The notes beneath the pieces are model-generated. The model saw only the letters and a list, made by a program, of their open reading frames with translations. It searched no databases and had not been told where the DNA came from. Shown piece by piece: positions 63,756-64,000 of a DNA stretch of 64,000 nt. The stretch is taken from positions 671-64,670 of the forward strand of contig CAZKHA010000003.1 of assembly GCA_964552325.1 (NCBI GenBank), given 5' to 3'. Each line of letters begins with the position of its first letter. The first letter of the stretch is position 1. The translations under genes and the position numbers were made by a program. The DNA is from an uncultured Bacteroidales bacterium. Lineage in GTDB: Bacteria > Bacteroidota > Bacteroidia > Bacteroidales > TTA-H9.

Positions 63756-64000
63756 ATGCGATATATTAATGATTTTACTGTGTTTATAGTATTGATATAC
63801 TGTTTATTAGCTAATAGTCCGGTACAAGCCCAAGAAACGCTTTCACGGCGTAGCCTTGCGCAACGAGCCATTAACGAAAGCTTTGTGGTAAAAAACCAAA
63901 AGAACCAGATGCGCATAACGCAAATTGACAAGCGCAAGCTTTACCAAACCTATCTTCCGAACGTAAGTTTCAATATGAGTTATACCCGATTAAACGATGA
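63756..64000 (+). CDS. TolC-like outer-membrane efflux protein (5' part only, runs off window)
   Basis: ATG at 63756 gives MRYINDFTVFIVLIYCLLANSPVQAQETLSRRSLAQRAINESFVVKNQKNQ.... This has a signal peptide and the LS...A..N start typical of OEP/TolC family proteins. Sits 3 nt after the TetR stop. Confidence 0.55.
   Translation, partial: MRYINDFTVFIVLIYCLLANSPVQAQETLSRRSLAQRAINESFVVKNQKNQMRITQIDKRKLYQTYLPNVSFNMSYTRLND

Noticed and set aside
1-64000. CRISPR arrays, rRNA genes, tandem repeats or IS elements
   Set aside because: Reading the intergenic regions on both strands showed no spaced direct repeats, no rRNA-like sequence and no transposase-like ORFs. The only RNA gene is tRNA-Arg.

Overview
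AT-rich chromosomal segment that looks like Bacteroidota: TAnnTTTG -7 promoter boxes recur just upstream of genes, GH13 enzymes carry lipoprotein or signal peptides, and there are TPR and beta-propeller hybrid sensor kinases. I can support 47 protein-coding genes. Two are cut by the window edges and one 46-aa gene is missing from the ORF track. There is also one tRNA-Arg(TCT), several intrinsic terminators, and about twenty candidate promoter or operator sites. I saw no rRNA, CRISPR array, transposase, integrase or phage genes. Left to right: a maltodextrin module (GH13 amylase, MFS transporter, SusA-like GH13); two tandem hybrid histidine kinases; an SOS-like module (dinB divergent from an XRE-S24 LexA-like repressor plus a DnaQ/GIY-YIG nuclease); NPP phosphodiesterase, truA and small ACT-like and PH-like proteins; an LpxR-like lipoprotein; treS translationally coupled to a GAF kinase; geranylgeranyl-reductase-like, DUF2851 and an NSS transporter with a MetS-like micro-ORF; more sensor kinases; a CapD-like dehydratase; an SSS transporter with a small membrane ORF; a receiver plus Cache/PAS kinase; an epimerase-miaA-GT2 operon; OsmC and an HD hydrolase. 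The stand-out is a 14.4-kb island at 43.8-58.2 kb carrying homologues of E. coli ygeY, ygeW, mocA, ygfK, ssnA and hyuA plus a single-chain 2x[2Fe-2S] molybdenum hydroxylase. This is the 'selenium-dependent molybdenum hydroxylase' / anaerobic purine-urate type gene set. Here it is rearranged. It lacks ygeX, carbamate kinase, an FAD subunit and the yqeB/yqeC maturation genes, and it carries two unassigned fold-type-II PLP enzymes in the operon core. The right end holds an adhesin-like protein, tRNA-Arg, a TPR protein, fmt, HU, and the start of a TetR-TolC efflux locus. All functional calls come from reading motifs by eye; no searches were run.
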